From: an uncultured Terracidiphilus sp.
Lineage (GTDB): Bacteria > Acidobacteriota > Terriglobia > Terriglobales > Acidobacteriaceae
DNA: 64,000 bases
Direction: 5' to 3'
Assembly: GCA_964445025.1 (NCBI GenBank)
Contig: CAYUJM010000003.1
Location: 5,475 to 69,474, forward strand
The notes under the pieces are model-generated. The model was given only the letters and a program-made list of their open reading frames with translations. It was not told where the DNA came from and did not search any database. Below, piece by piece: positions 43,441 through 51,849 of this stretch. The number at the start of each line of letters is the position of its first letter. Position 1 is the stretch's first letter. Position numbers and translations under genes: made by a program.

Positions 43441-45209
43441 GCTCGTGGCGTCCCCTCGCCTTGTTTCAACTGGCTGTTATGTTCTGTTTCGGCTTCGCTT
43501 CGATGGCCGTAGCGCAGTCCCAAAAGCCCGCGGCCGGGATGCCTTCCTCGAATCAGCTCCCTTCGCAGGACGCGGTTCCGGCGCGTTTCGTGGATATTAC
43601 AGAGCAGGCGGGCGTGCATTTTCTGCACGTGGCGCCGCACACCACGCGCAAATACCTGCTTGAGACCATGGGCTCGGGCGTGGCCCTGTTCGACTGCGAC
43701 AACGACGGCCGGCTGGACCTTTACCTCGTCAATGGAGCACCCTATACCGACCCCACGCCCAAGGGCTTCATCCCGCAAAAGAACGGGCCCGAAGACTGGA
43801 ACCGCATGTACCACCAGAAGCCCGACGGGACATTCGAGGACATCACTGAGAAGTCGGGCCTGAAGGGAGTTGGCTACGGCATGGGCGTGGCTGTAGCCGA
43901 TTACGACAACGATGGATATGAAGATGTTTTTGTGACCGGCTATGGAGGCAACCACCTTTACCACAACAACGGCGACTGCACCTTTACCGACGTTACGGAG
44001 AAGGCGGGAGTTGGCGGAGGCGGATGGTCAAGCTCGGCTGCCTGGGTCGATCTGGATAACGACGGGTTGCTCGACCTGGTTGTGGCGCGCTATGTCACCT
44101 GGGACTGGGAGGATGTCTGGTGCGGCGAGCACCGCGAGGGCTATCGCGGCATCTGCCATCCTGACGTCTTCCAGCCCATCACCATGCTTGTCTACCACAA
44201 CGACGGCAACGGGCACTTTACCGAAGAGGGGCACAAGCTGGGCCTCGATAAGCCGGCCAAGGCGCTTGGCATTGCCATGGCAGACTATGATCGCGACGGG
44301 CGCATGGACCTGTTCATCGCCAACGACTCCATGCCGGAGTTTCTATTCCATCAGAAGCCGGATGGAACCTTCGAAGAAGTCGGTCTCGAATCCGCGGTGG
44401 CTGTGAACTCCGAAGGGCAGACCTACGCCGGCATGGGCGTGGATTTCGCCGACTATGACAACGATGGGTGGCCGGATATCGTGGTGACCGACCTGGCCAA
44501 CCAGCGGTACGCCCTCTACCAGAACAACCGGGATGGAACTTTCAACTACGCATCCCTTTTGAGCGGCGTAAGCTCCACGTCGCAGCTCCACTCGGGCTGG
44601 AGCGCCCGATTTGTGGATTACGACAACGATGGATGGAAGGATCTGCTCATCGCGCAGGGGCACGACATGGATAACATCGAGCGGGTTTCGCCCATGCTGC
44701 GTTATCGCGAACCCATGATGCTGCTGCGCAATACCGGCAAGAAGTTTGTGGATGTCTCATCGGTCTCGGGCGACATCTTTCACGAGGCCTGGGTGGGCCG
44801 TGGCATGGCCATCGGCGACATCGACAACGACGGCAGCATCGATGCGGTGGTCAGCACCAATGGCGGCGCGGCGCATATTTTGCTCAACAAGACCGTTACC
44901 GCCAACCACTGGATCACTTTGCACCTGACCGGGCACAAGAGCAATCGCGACGGCATCGGCGCCGTGGTAAAGCTGACCACCTCGCATGGGTCGCAGTGGG
45001 TTACAGCCACCACCGCCAGCGGCTATCTCTCTTCCAGTGACCCGCGCGTTCACTTTGGGCTGGGCGACAGCCCGGTGGCCGACAGCATTGAGATCCGCTG
45101 GCCCAGCGGGATTGTGCAAACCCTTACTGGCGTAAAAGGCGACCGGCAGATACAGGTGGATGAGCCGGCTGCGGCTAGCCCGCCGGCGGGGACAGCCGCT
45201 CGGCCCTGA
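43437..45209 (+). CDS. CRTAC1-family protein, copy 3 (more divergent)
   Basis: The ATG at 43437 overlaps the stop of copy 2 (ATGA). Signal peptide MSSWRPLALFQLAVMFCFGFASMAVAQ. Same FG-GAP and UnbV-type blocks (GYLSSSDPRVHFGLG...IEIRWPSG). Confidence 0.85.
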   Translation: MSSWRPLALFQLAVMFCFGFASMAVAQSQKPAAGMPSSNQLPSQDAVPARFVDITEQAGVHFLHVAPHTTRKYLLETMGSGVALFDCDNDGRLDLYLVNGAPYTDPTPKGFIPQKNGPEDWNRMYHQKPDGTFEDITEKSGLKGVGYGMGVAVADYDNDGYEDVFVTGYGGNHLYHNNGDCTFTDVTEKAGVGGGGWSSSAAWVDLDNDGLLDLVVARYVTWDWEDVWCGEHREGYRGICHPDVFQPITMLVYHNDGNGHFTEEGHKLGLDKPAKALGIAMADYDRDGRMDLFIANDSMPEFLFHQKPDGTFEEVGLESAVAVNSEGQTYAGMGVDFADYDNDGWPDIVVTDLANQRYALYQNNRDGTFNYASLLSGVSSTSQLHSGWSARFVDYDNDGWKDLLIAQGHDMDNIERVSPMLRYREPMMLLRNTGKKFVDVSSVSGDIFHEAWVGRGMAIGDIDNDGSIDAVVSTNGGAAHILLNKTVTANHWITLHLTGHKSNRDGIGAVVKLTTSHGSQWVTATTASGYLSSSDPRVHFGLGDSPVADSIEIRWPSGIVQTLTGVKGDRQIQVDEPAAASPPAGTAARP

Positions 45210-45426
45210 ACCGCCCACCCCGCCAGAGCACCTTGCAGGCCGCAAGGTCCCGCCGTCCAAAAAGGCAGTGGGCCCGGTTCCCTGCGCGGGCTTTTATTTT
45301 CAGGGGCTTAAATTCCGCGGACAATCCCGTGGCGGGCCTCCGTAAACGTCGGAGTTCGGGTGGGGCGTCCCGTTGCCGCGCTCATCGCACGTTCGTGCGG
45401 TGGCAACATCTAGGTCAAAAAATTCC

Positions 45427-45455
45427 TTGACAGCGATAATTTGTCGGACTAACAT
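45427..45455 (+). promoter_or_regulatory. sigma70-type promoter of the TonB-dependent receptor gene
   Basis: TTGACA (45427-45432), 17-nt spacer, TAACAT (45450-45455). Confidence 0.5.
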
Positions 45456-45464
45456 CGCTCGCTA

Positions 45465-45478
45465 TGGAATCGATGTCA
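45465..45478. promoter_or_regulatory. LacI-type operator candidate (site 2)
   Basis: TGGAATCGATGTCA, 10 nt downstream of the -10 hexamer. Confidence 0.55.
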
Positions 45479-45486
45479 CTCCGATA

Positions 45487-45500
45487 TGGTATCGATTCCA
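45487..45500. promoter_or_regulatory. LacI-type operator candidate (site 3)
   Basis: TGGTATCGATTCCA, 22 nt centre-to-centre from site 2. Sites 2 and 3 together form a 10-bp perfect inverted repeat, TGGAATCGAT...ATCGATTCCA. Confidence 0.6.
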
Positions 45501-45593
45501 CCATCAACCAGTGAAGCCGGTCAACGATCCGATCGTTGCCCATGTCTGAAATCACGGTTTGAATCAGGAAAGAGAAGCACTCAAGGAGACCCA

Positions 45594-48500
45594 GTGAGAC
45601 AAATAATAAAAGCTCAGGAGCGCCCTTCCCCGTCCCAACTCATCCAAATCCCGCTAGTTGCCCTCGCTTTTGTATTGGCAACTATGGGATTGATGCTGTT
45701 GGCTCCTCGGAATGCTTCCGCGCAAGCCAGCGCGGGCATTACCGGAACAGTTACGGATACCAGCGGCGCCGTGATCAAGGGCGCCCATGTAGCCATCACC
45801 AATGAGGCCACCGCGGCCACCGATCGTACGGTGACCGAAAGCGCGGGAACGTATTCCTTCAAAGGCGTATTGCCGGGAAAGTACACCATTACGATTGACG
45901 CCCAGGGGTTCAAGAAAGCCGTTCAGAAAGGTGTGAACGTCGAGGTCAGTACCACTCCTACCGTTGACATCACCCTCAGCCCCGGCGCCGCAAGCGAGAC
46001 CGTGAATGTCGCGGCCGATGAGGTTGCGTTGAATACCACCCAGCCGGAATTGGGCAGCACCATTGAGCCGGTTGTCGTCGAAGCGTTGCCTACCGAAGTC
46101 TCGGGCCGCGGCCGCCAGGTCGATCAGCTTCAATTCATGGCCCCCGGAACCACGGGCGGCACCTTCTCTCACCGCATCAGCGGCGGCGTCGATTTCGAGC
46201 AGGAGATCATCTACAACGGCATCCCCGCTCCTCAGCCGGAGACCGAAGGTTACACCACCAACTTCAATCCCCCGTTCGACTTGGTTGAAGAGTCCAAGGT
46301 CGAGCGTTCGACCTTCTCCGCACAGTATGGCCTTGGTCAGGGAGCTTTGACTTATCAAATGAAGTCGGGCACCAACCAGTACCACGGCAGCGCATTTGAA
46401 ATCAACCGCAACAGCCTCTTTGATTCCGTGCCCTTTTTCGACGGCCCGGCATGGGGTGGCTCCACCAAGCCACCCACCGATCACGAGAACAACTACGGCT
46501 TCTCGATCGGCGGCCCCATCCGCATTCCGCATCTTTACGATGGACGCAACAAGACCTTCGGCAACTACAGCCAGGAGTGGTACAAGCAGGCCGAACTGAA
46601 CGACGGCATTTCAAGCGTGCCCACAGCCCTGGAAAAGACCGGAAACTTCACTGACTTTGTGGACTCCACCGGAGCTCTGGTCCCCATCTTCGATCCGACC
46701 ACCGGGCAGCAGTTCCAATGCAACGGCGTGCTCAACGTGATTTGCCCCAACCGGATCAGCGCCAATTCTGCGTTGATCATCCCGTTCATTCCCAATCCTG
46801 ACCGTCCAGGCAGCGGCCCCGGCGGCTTAGAAACCAACAAGAGCGCCGCGCCCAACTCATTCCCGAATATCCAGCACGTCTGGGGATTCGTGGTTGACCA
46901 GACGCTCACGCCCACGCAGAGCCTGCACTACGCTGAGTGGCGCAATAGTTTCTCCACCACCAGCTTTGACAACTCTCCGCTGGTCCTAGCTCCCAACCCG
47001 CTCAACAGCATGAAGTATGAGCCGGCCCTGGGCAGCATCTTCCTGTTGAATTACACCAACGCCATCACGCCACACCTCGTGGCGACCGCTGGATTTGGCT
47101 GGATTGGCGAGATCAACAACCAGTTCAACGATACTGTTGGATGCGGCGCAACCTCAGGGTGCTCGGGCCTTTATCCTCAGATACAGAACGAGGACGTCCC
47201 TCCCTACATAACGTGGTCTGGAGGCGGCCCGAACAACTACACCGACTGGGGCACCCAGGGTTCGTGGCGAGAATCCATTAACCGCAAGCTGGGAATCGCC
47301 ATCGTCAACAACTGGCTCTGGACCAAGGGCCGCCACACTTTCAACATCGGCGGTGAGTTCCGCCGCGCCTATCAGGATGACAACGAGGAGCAGACCGAGG
47401 GTGGACAGTTCACGTTCAGCAATCACGAGACGTCCAACCCAAGCAGCCCGAACTTCCAGACCGAGGGCAGTTCGTTTGCCAGCTTCCTTCTCGGACTTCC
47501 CGATGAGGCAAATCGAAGCGAGAGCCAGGAACTGAGGCTGCGCAATCTGGATATCTCACCCTACATCCAGGACGACATCAAGCTGTCGTCGAAGCTCACT
47601 CTGAATCTCGGCGTCCGCTGGGATATTCAGGTGCCCTTTACCGAAAACCACAACCTGATCGTGTTCTTCGATCCCGATAATCCTGGGACCAATCCGGCGG
47701 CCGGCGGCATCCCCGGCGGTCTCCAGCAATTCGGCGTGAACGGCACATACACTCGTGCCGACACCCACTGGGGCCATTTTGGTCCGCGCCTCGGTTTTGC
47801 CTACAAGCTGGACAACAAGACCGTGGTACAAGGCGGCCTGGATGTCGCGTTCCTCGATGGCGGCGCTTATGAGTACGGCACCAACAAGGTCGCGGTGAAC
47901 TACGGTAACCTGCTCACCGGCGCCTTCGCACGCAACAGCACGGGAAGCAACGTATCGGGATTCGGGAGCTGGGATACCAATGCCATTCCCGCGCCTGCCG
48001 CTACACCCTTCGGTCCAAGCATCGGCAACGGTCTGCAGGTGGACGCTTTCAGCAGGAAGGACGGATACGCTCCCTATAGCCAGCAGTGGAACATCAATGT
48101 GCAGCGCGAACTCCCTTACAACATGTTTGTGATGGCTGCATGGGCCGGAAACCGCGTCATCCACCTGCCCAGCCAGAACAATGAGATCGACCAGATGAAC
48201 CCGAGTTTCGACGCCCAATACGGCAACACGCTGAGTACCTGCGCGGCTAACAAAGGCAATTCGGTGTTGTCCGACACGTTTTCAAGCGGCTGCGCACAGG
48301 CGGACGGATTCACCACTCCATATGCCAACTTCGTGAACGACTTTGGGTCAAGTTCCACCGTGGAACAGTCGCTCGTTCCCTACCCGCAATTCACCAAGAT
48401 CTTCAACAACTTTGAAGGTTTTGGCACCACCTATTACCAGAGCCTCCAGGTTGAAGTGGATAAACGCTTCAGCAACGGCTTGTCCTTCCTGGCGGGCTAT

Positions 48501-49229
48501 ACGCTCTCCCACCTGATGGACAATACCAGCAGCGGTTTCTCCAGCTTCACCTCCGGCGGCATCAACAAGTACAACCAGAAACCGGAATGGGCCGTCTCTG
48601 AATCGGACGAACCGCAAACCTTCAAGGCGAGCGGAACCTACGAACTGCCGATCGGTCCTGGCAAGAAGTACGTCAACAACCACGCCCTGGGCAACATCGT
48701 GGGCGGCTGGCAGGTCGGCTGGATTCTCGACTATGAGGGAGGATCGCCTGGCAGCTGCTGCAACGGCAGTACCGTCGACGAGAACGGCTCGCCGTTCCCG
48801 AATGGATTCAATAGGCCGAATCGAAACACTTCCGTCAAGCTTGGAACCGCCTCCTACAAGAACGAGAAGAACCAGTGGCTCGCAGGCGCTAACGCCGCTC
48901 CGGCGCAGATCTGGAATCCCGCTGGCTTTACGGCCACCTCATCTCAATACGTTATCGGTGACTCTCTCAGGTCTTATGGCAAGCTGAGAACGCCCGGTAT
49001 CGCCAATGAGAGCATCAATGCCAGGAAGCACTTCTACATTGGAGAGCGCGTCCAGGCGATTCTCCAGGTGGACTACTTCAACGCATTCAACCGGACCATC
49101 TTCAACGGTCCCGACGGGAACTTTAGCGACACCACCTTTGGCCAGACCGTTTCCGAGGGCGCCAACAACAACGCCTTCAACGGCACTGCAAACCGGCAAG
49201 GCCAGGTTCAGTTCCGATTACAGTTCTGA
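45594..49229 (+). CDS. TonB-dependent receptor with an N-terminal carboxypeptidase-regulatory-like (CarboxypepD_reg) domain
   Basis: GTG 45594 with AGGAG upstream and a signal peptide ending NASAQA. ITGTVTDTSGAVIKGAHVAITNEAT...YSFKGVLPGKYTITIDAQGF is a typical CarboxypepD_reg domain. About 1200 aa of beta-barrel-like sequence follow, ending in an aromatic residue (RLQF). Confidence 0.85.
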   Translation: MRQIIKAQERPSPSQLIQIPLVALAFVLATMGLMLLAPRNASAQASAGITGTVTDTSGAVIKGAHVAITNEATAATDRTVTESAGTYSFKGVLPGKYTITIDAQGFKKAVQKGVNVEVSTTPTVDITLSPGAASETVNVAADEVALNTTQPELGSTIEPVVVEALPTEVSGRGRQVDQLQFMAPGTTGGTFSHRISGGVDFEQEIIYNGIPAPQPETEGYTTNFNPPFDLVEESKVERSTFSAQYGLGQGALTYQMKSGTNQYHGSAFEINRNSLFDSVPFFDGPAWGGSTKPPTDHENNYGFSIGGPIRIPHLYDGRNKTFGNYSQEWYKQAELNDGISSVPTALEKTGNFTDFVDSTGALVPIFDPTTGQQFQCNGVLNVICPNRISANSALIIPFIPNPDRPGSGPGGLETNKSAAPNSFPNIQHVWGFVVDQTLTPTQSLHYAEWRNSFSTTSFDNSPLVLAPNPLNSMKYEPALGSIFLLNYTNAITPHLVATAGFGWIGEINNQFNDTVGCGATSGCSGLYPQIQNEDVPPYITWSGGGPNNYTDWGTQGSWRESINRKLGIAIVNNWLWTKGRHTFNIGGEFRRAYQDDNEEQTEGGQFTFSNHETSNPSSPNFQTEGSSFASFLLGLPDEANRSESQELRLRNLDISPYIQDDIKLSSKLTLNLGVRWDIQVPFTENHNLIVFFDPDNPGTNPAAGGIPGGLQQFGVNGTYTRADTHWGHFGPRLGFAYKLDNKTVVQGGLDVAFLDGGAYEYGTNKVAVNYGNLLTGAFARNSTGSNVSGFGSWDTNAIPAPAATPFGPSIGNGLQVDAFSRKDGYAPYSQQWNINVQRELPYNMFVMAAWAGNRVIHLPSQNNEIDQMNPSFDAQYGNTLSTCAANKGNSVLSDTFSSGCAQADGFTTPYANFVNDFGSSSTVEQSLVPYPQFTKIFNNFEGFGTTYYQSLQVEVDKRFSNGLSFLAGYTLSHLMDNTSSGFSSFTSGGINKYNQKPEWAVSESDEPQTFKASGTYELPIGPGKKYVNNHALGNIVGGWQVGWILDYEGGSPGSCCNGSTVDENGSPFPNGFNRPNRNTSVKLGTASYKNEKNQWLAGANAAPAQIWNPAGFTATSSQYVIGDSLRSYGKLRTPGIANESINARKHFYIGERVQAILQVDYFNAFNRTIFNGPDGNFSDTTFGQTVSEGANNNAFNGTANRQGQVQFRLQF

Positions 49230-49287
49230 GCTTCGCGGTGCAATCCCGCAAAAAGGATTTGCATCGCATGTATCCCTCCTAACCATC

Positions 49288-49324
49288 GCCGGACTGCCCC
49301 CAAAGCAGTCCGGCTTTTTTCTTT
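49288..49324 (+). terminator. Rho-independent terminator after the TonB-dependent receptor
   Basis: GCCGGACTGC (49288-49297), 7-nt loop, GCAGTCCGGC (49305-49314), followed by TTTTTTCTTT. Confidence 0.85.
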
Positions 49325-49439
49325 GCAGCCGAATCACTCTCGCGCGCCAGAAGACTTGATCGCTGCGCGAACCCCGGAACTGCAATACTTCCGCGATGCA
49401 ACAGCGTTGCGAACCAACTATAATCACAGGTCATGAGGG

Positions 49440-49451
49440 TGGATCGATCCA
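49440..49451. promoter_or_regulatory. 12-bp perfect palindrome related to the operator motif (shortened variant)
   Basis: TGGATCGATCCA lies 15 nt downstream of a TATAAT hexamer (49419-49424) and abuts the ATG at 49451. It lacks the W at positions 4 and 11 of the 14-mer. Confidence 0.35.
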
Positions 49452-50623
49452 TGTCATTGTCTCGCTGTGCGCCGCGATTACTGGCTGTGCTCTTGCTGGC
49501 TCTTGTGGCAACTATCGCTTTTGCCCGGCAGGCGAATGACGAAGTTACGCCCCAGGTGCAGCAGTTGTATGCGGAGGCAAAAGCCGCGCAGCAGCAAGGC
49601 GACAGCGCAGCGGCAATCGCGAAATACCGCGCCATGATCAAGCTTGCGCCGCACCTGGCCGCCGCCTACAACAACCTGGGCATGCTCTACTTCAATGAGC
49701 GTGACTATTCCCATGCCGCGGAGGTGCTCAAGCGCGGATTGGAGATTCAGCCGGATATGCCCACGGCCTCGGCCATGTTAGGCATGAGTTATTTTCAGTT
49801 AGGCATGAACGACAAGGCTGAGCCGCTTCTGCGCGCAGTGCAGCGCGCCAAGCCGGACGACGACCATGTGGAGATGGTCCTGGTGCATATCCTCATCAAC
49901 CTGAGGAAGTATGGAGAGGCGGCATCGTATCTGAACAACTTCCTGGAGCGGAACCCGAAGAATCAGGAAGGATGGTATATGCTCGGCAAAACATATCTGC
50001 AGATGTCCGAGGACGCGCTCAAAAAGATCAATGAAATCGATCCGAATTCCGTGGTTGCGCATGAGATCGCCGGCGAGATCGATGAGAGCATGCACAACTA
50101 CGATGTGGCTCTGGTGGAATACAAGAAGGCCGTCGACATGGCCCCGCACGAGCCTGGAACGCATATGCACATGGCAAATGCGTATTGGCTCACCGGCAAG
50201 TGGGAGTCGGCGCAGGATGAGTTCAAGGCGGAGCTGACCAACGACCCCAACAACTGCACCGCCCGATGGAAGCTGGCCAACGCCATGCTGGAGGCAAACG
50301 ACTCCAGCGAGGACGCGCTCGCGCAGTTGAACCAGTCCATCGAGCGCTGCCCACTTCTGATGCAGGCGCGCGTAGACCGGGCCCGCGCGCTCATCCGGCT
50401 CGGGAAGCAGAGCGATGCCTTGCCCGACCTGCAGTTGGCCGTCAAGGACAGCCCCTCTGAGCCGACCATTCATTTTCTTCTCGCCACTGTCTACAGGTCG
50501 CAGGGCAAGGCCGCCGATGCTCAGCAGGAGATGCGCACGTATAGCGAGTTGCAGCGGGCGGCCAGTGAAGCCGTGGCGGGACAGGCAAATGATGCCAGCG
50601 CAATCAAGAGTGCCGCACACTAG
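49451..50623 (+). CDS. tetratricopeptide repeat protein (secreted)
   Basis: ATG 49451 with AGGGTGG upstream; ATG 49433 is the alternative. Signal peptide MSLSRCAPRLLAVLLLALVATIAFA, followed by multiple TPR units. Confidence 0.75.
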   Translation: MSLSRCAPRLLAVLLLALVATIAFARQANDEVTPQVQQLYAEAKAAQQQGDSAAAIAKYRAMIKLAPHLAAAYNNLGMLYFNERDYSHAAEVLKRGLEIQPDMPTASAMLGMSYFQLGMNDKAEPLLRAVQRAKPDDDHVEMVLVHILINLRKYGEAASYLNNFLERNPKNQEGWYMLGKTYLQMSEDALKKINEIDPNSVVAHEIAGEIDESMHNYDVALVEYKKAVDMAPHEPGTHMHMANAYWLTGKWESAQDEFKAELTNDPNNCTARWKLANAMLEANDSSEDALAQLNQSIERCPLLMQARVDRARALIRLGKQSDALPDLQLAVKDSPSEPTIHFLLATVYRSQGKAADAQQEMRTYSELQRAASEAVAGQANDASAIKSAAH

Positions 50624-50627
50624 CCCG

Positions 50628-51575
50628 ATGGCGCTTGTCGGAAAATGCGTGCTCGGAGCGTTCCTGCTCTGCGCTCGTGCGGCCATTTGTCAGCAGCTTC
50701 CGGACTCGCTGGCCGAGCCGCGTGCGCTCATTGCGCAGGGCAAGCTCGCAGCGGCTGAGGCATCTCTCCACGATTTTGTGAAACAGCATCCCGCTTCCGC
50801 GGATGCGCATTTCCTGCTCGGCTATGTCTTGTTTCGTGAACAGAAGGCAGTGGACTCGCTGGCGGAGTTCACCGCCGGCGCCCACGTACGGCGGCCGAAA
50901 GCGGATGAGCTGAAAACCGTGGCGTCAGATTATGTATTGCTGCGCGACTACGCCGACGCCGATAAGTGGTTTACCGAGGTTGTGGTCGAGACTCCTGACG
51001 ATGCGGAAGCCTGGTATCTTCTTGGGCGGACCAAGTACAACGAAAACGGATTCTCCAACGCTGTTTCGAGCTTCGAGCGCGCGCTGGCCTTGCATCCCAA
51101 ATACATTGAAGCCGAAAACAACCTCGGATTGTCATGGAAGGAATTGAATAACCCGGAGAAGGCGAAGGCTGCTTTTCAGACCGCGATTGACTGGCAGGGA
51201 GATGCCCCCGCAGACGCTCAGCCATTCCTGAATCTCGGCACGTTGCTTGCGGATCAGAGCGACTTCGATAAATCGATCCTTTATCTGACGAAGGCCGTCT
51301 CGCTGTCCCCGGAAAATCCCAGGATTCATGAGGAGCTAGGCCAGGTTTACGAGGCTCAAAAGAACCTGCCGCAAGCGCAAGCCGAACTGGAAAAGGCAGT
51401 CGCGCTGGCTCCGGATAGCTCAGCGCTGCACTTCAGGCTGGGGCAGATCTACCGCCATGAGGGCCTTCGCGACCGCGCCCAGCACGAATTCGATCTGTGC
51501 GAAAAGCTGAACAGCACTCACTCCTCAGCCAGCACGCCCAATCCCCCGGCTCTCGGTCCGGCTGTGCCCCACTGA
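50628..51575 (+). CDS. tetratricopeptide repeat protein (secreted)
   Basis: The ATG at 50628 lies 5 nt after the previous stop. Signal peptide MALVGKCVLGAFLLCARAAICQ, followed by TPR units. The track ORF start (50415) overlaps the previous gene. Confidence 0.75.
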   Translation: MALVGKCVLGAFLLCARAAICQQLPDSLAEPRALIAQGKLAAAEASLHDFVKQHPASADAHFLLGYVLFREQKAVDSLAEFTAGAHVRRPKADELKTVASDYVLLRDYADADKWFTEVVVETPDDAEAWYLLGRTKYNENGFSNAVSSFERALALHPKYIEAENNLGLSWKELNNPEKAKAAFQTAIDWQGDAPADAQPFLNLGTLLADQSDFDKSILYLTKAVSLSPENPRIHEELGQVYEAQKNLPQAQAELEKAVALAPDSSALHFRLGQIYRHEGLRDRAQHEFDLCEKLNSTHSSASTPNPPALGPAVPH

Positions 51576-51731
51576 GCAACTGGCTGGTGGGTGCGGCCAG
51601 GCCCCTGGGCGTGCATTCCCCGACAAAGAACTGGCAACCTGAAAATCGGTTTTCCGCCGTTGTGCGAGGGCCCGTCGTCTCCCCTGGGAAAGCTCGTTTC
51701 ACCTCGGTTCCATGCAAAACTAAAAAATCTG

Positions 51732-51745
51732 TGGTATCGTTTCCA
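51732..51745. promoter_or_regulatory. LacI-type operator candidate (site 4)
   Basis: TGGTATCGTTTCCA. The 17-mer TGTGGTATCGTTTCCAA (51730-51746) is identical to 56804-56820. It overlaps the -35 position of the TATAAT at 51765-51770. Confidence 0.6.
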
Positions 51746-51770
51746 ACCCTGTGTTCCAAAGGGGTATAAT
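51741..51770 (+). promoter_or_regulatory. promoter of the second GH38 gene
   Basis: Perfect TATAAT (51765-51770), with a weak -35 TTCCAA (51741-51746) at 18-nt spacing. Confidence 0.4.
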
Positions 51771-51849
51771 TCGCGGAGACGTTACGGCGGGGTCGCACTG
51801 GTGCGGAAAAGAGCCGTCGCCGATCGCGAAGGGATGCGGGAGTTCTGGA

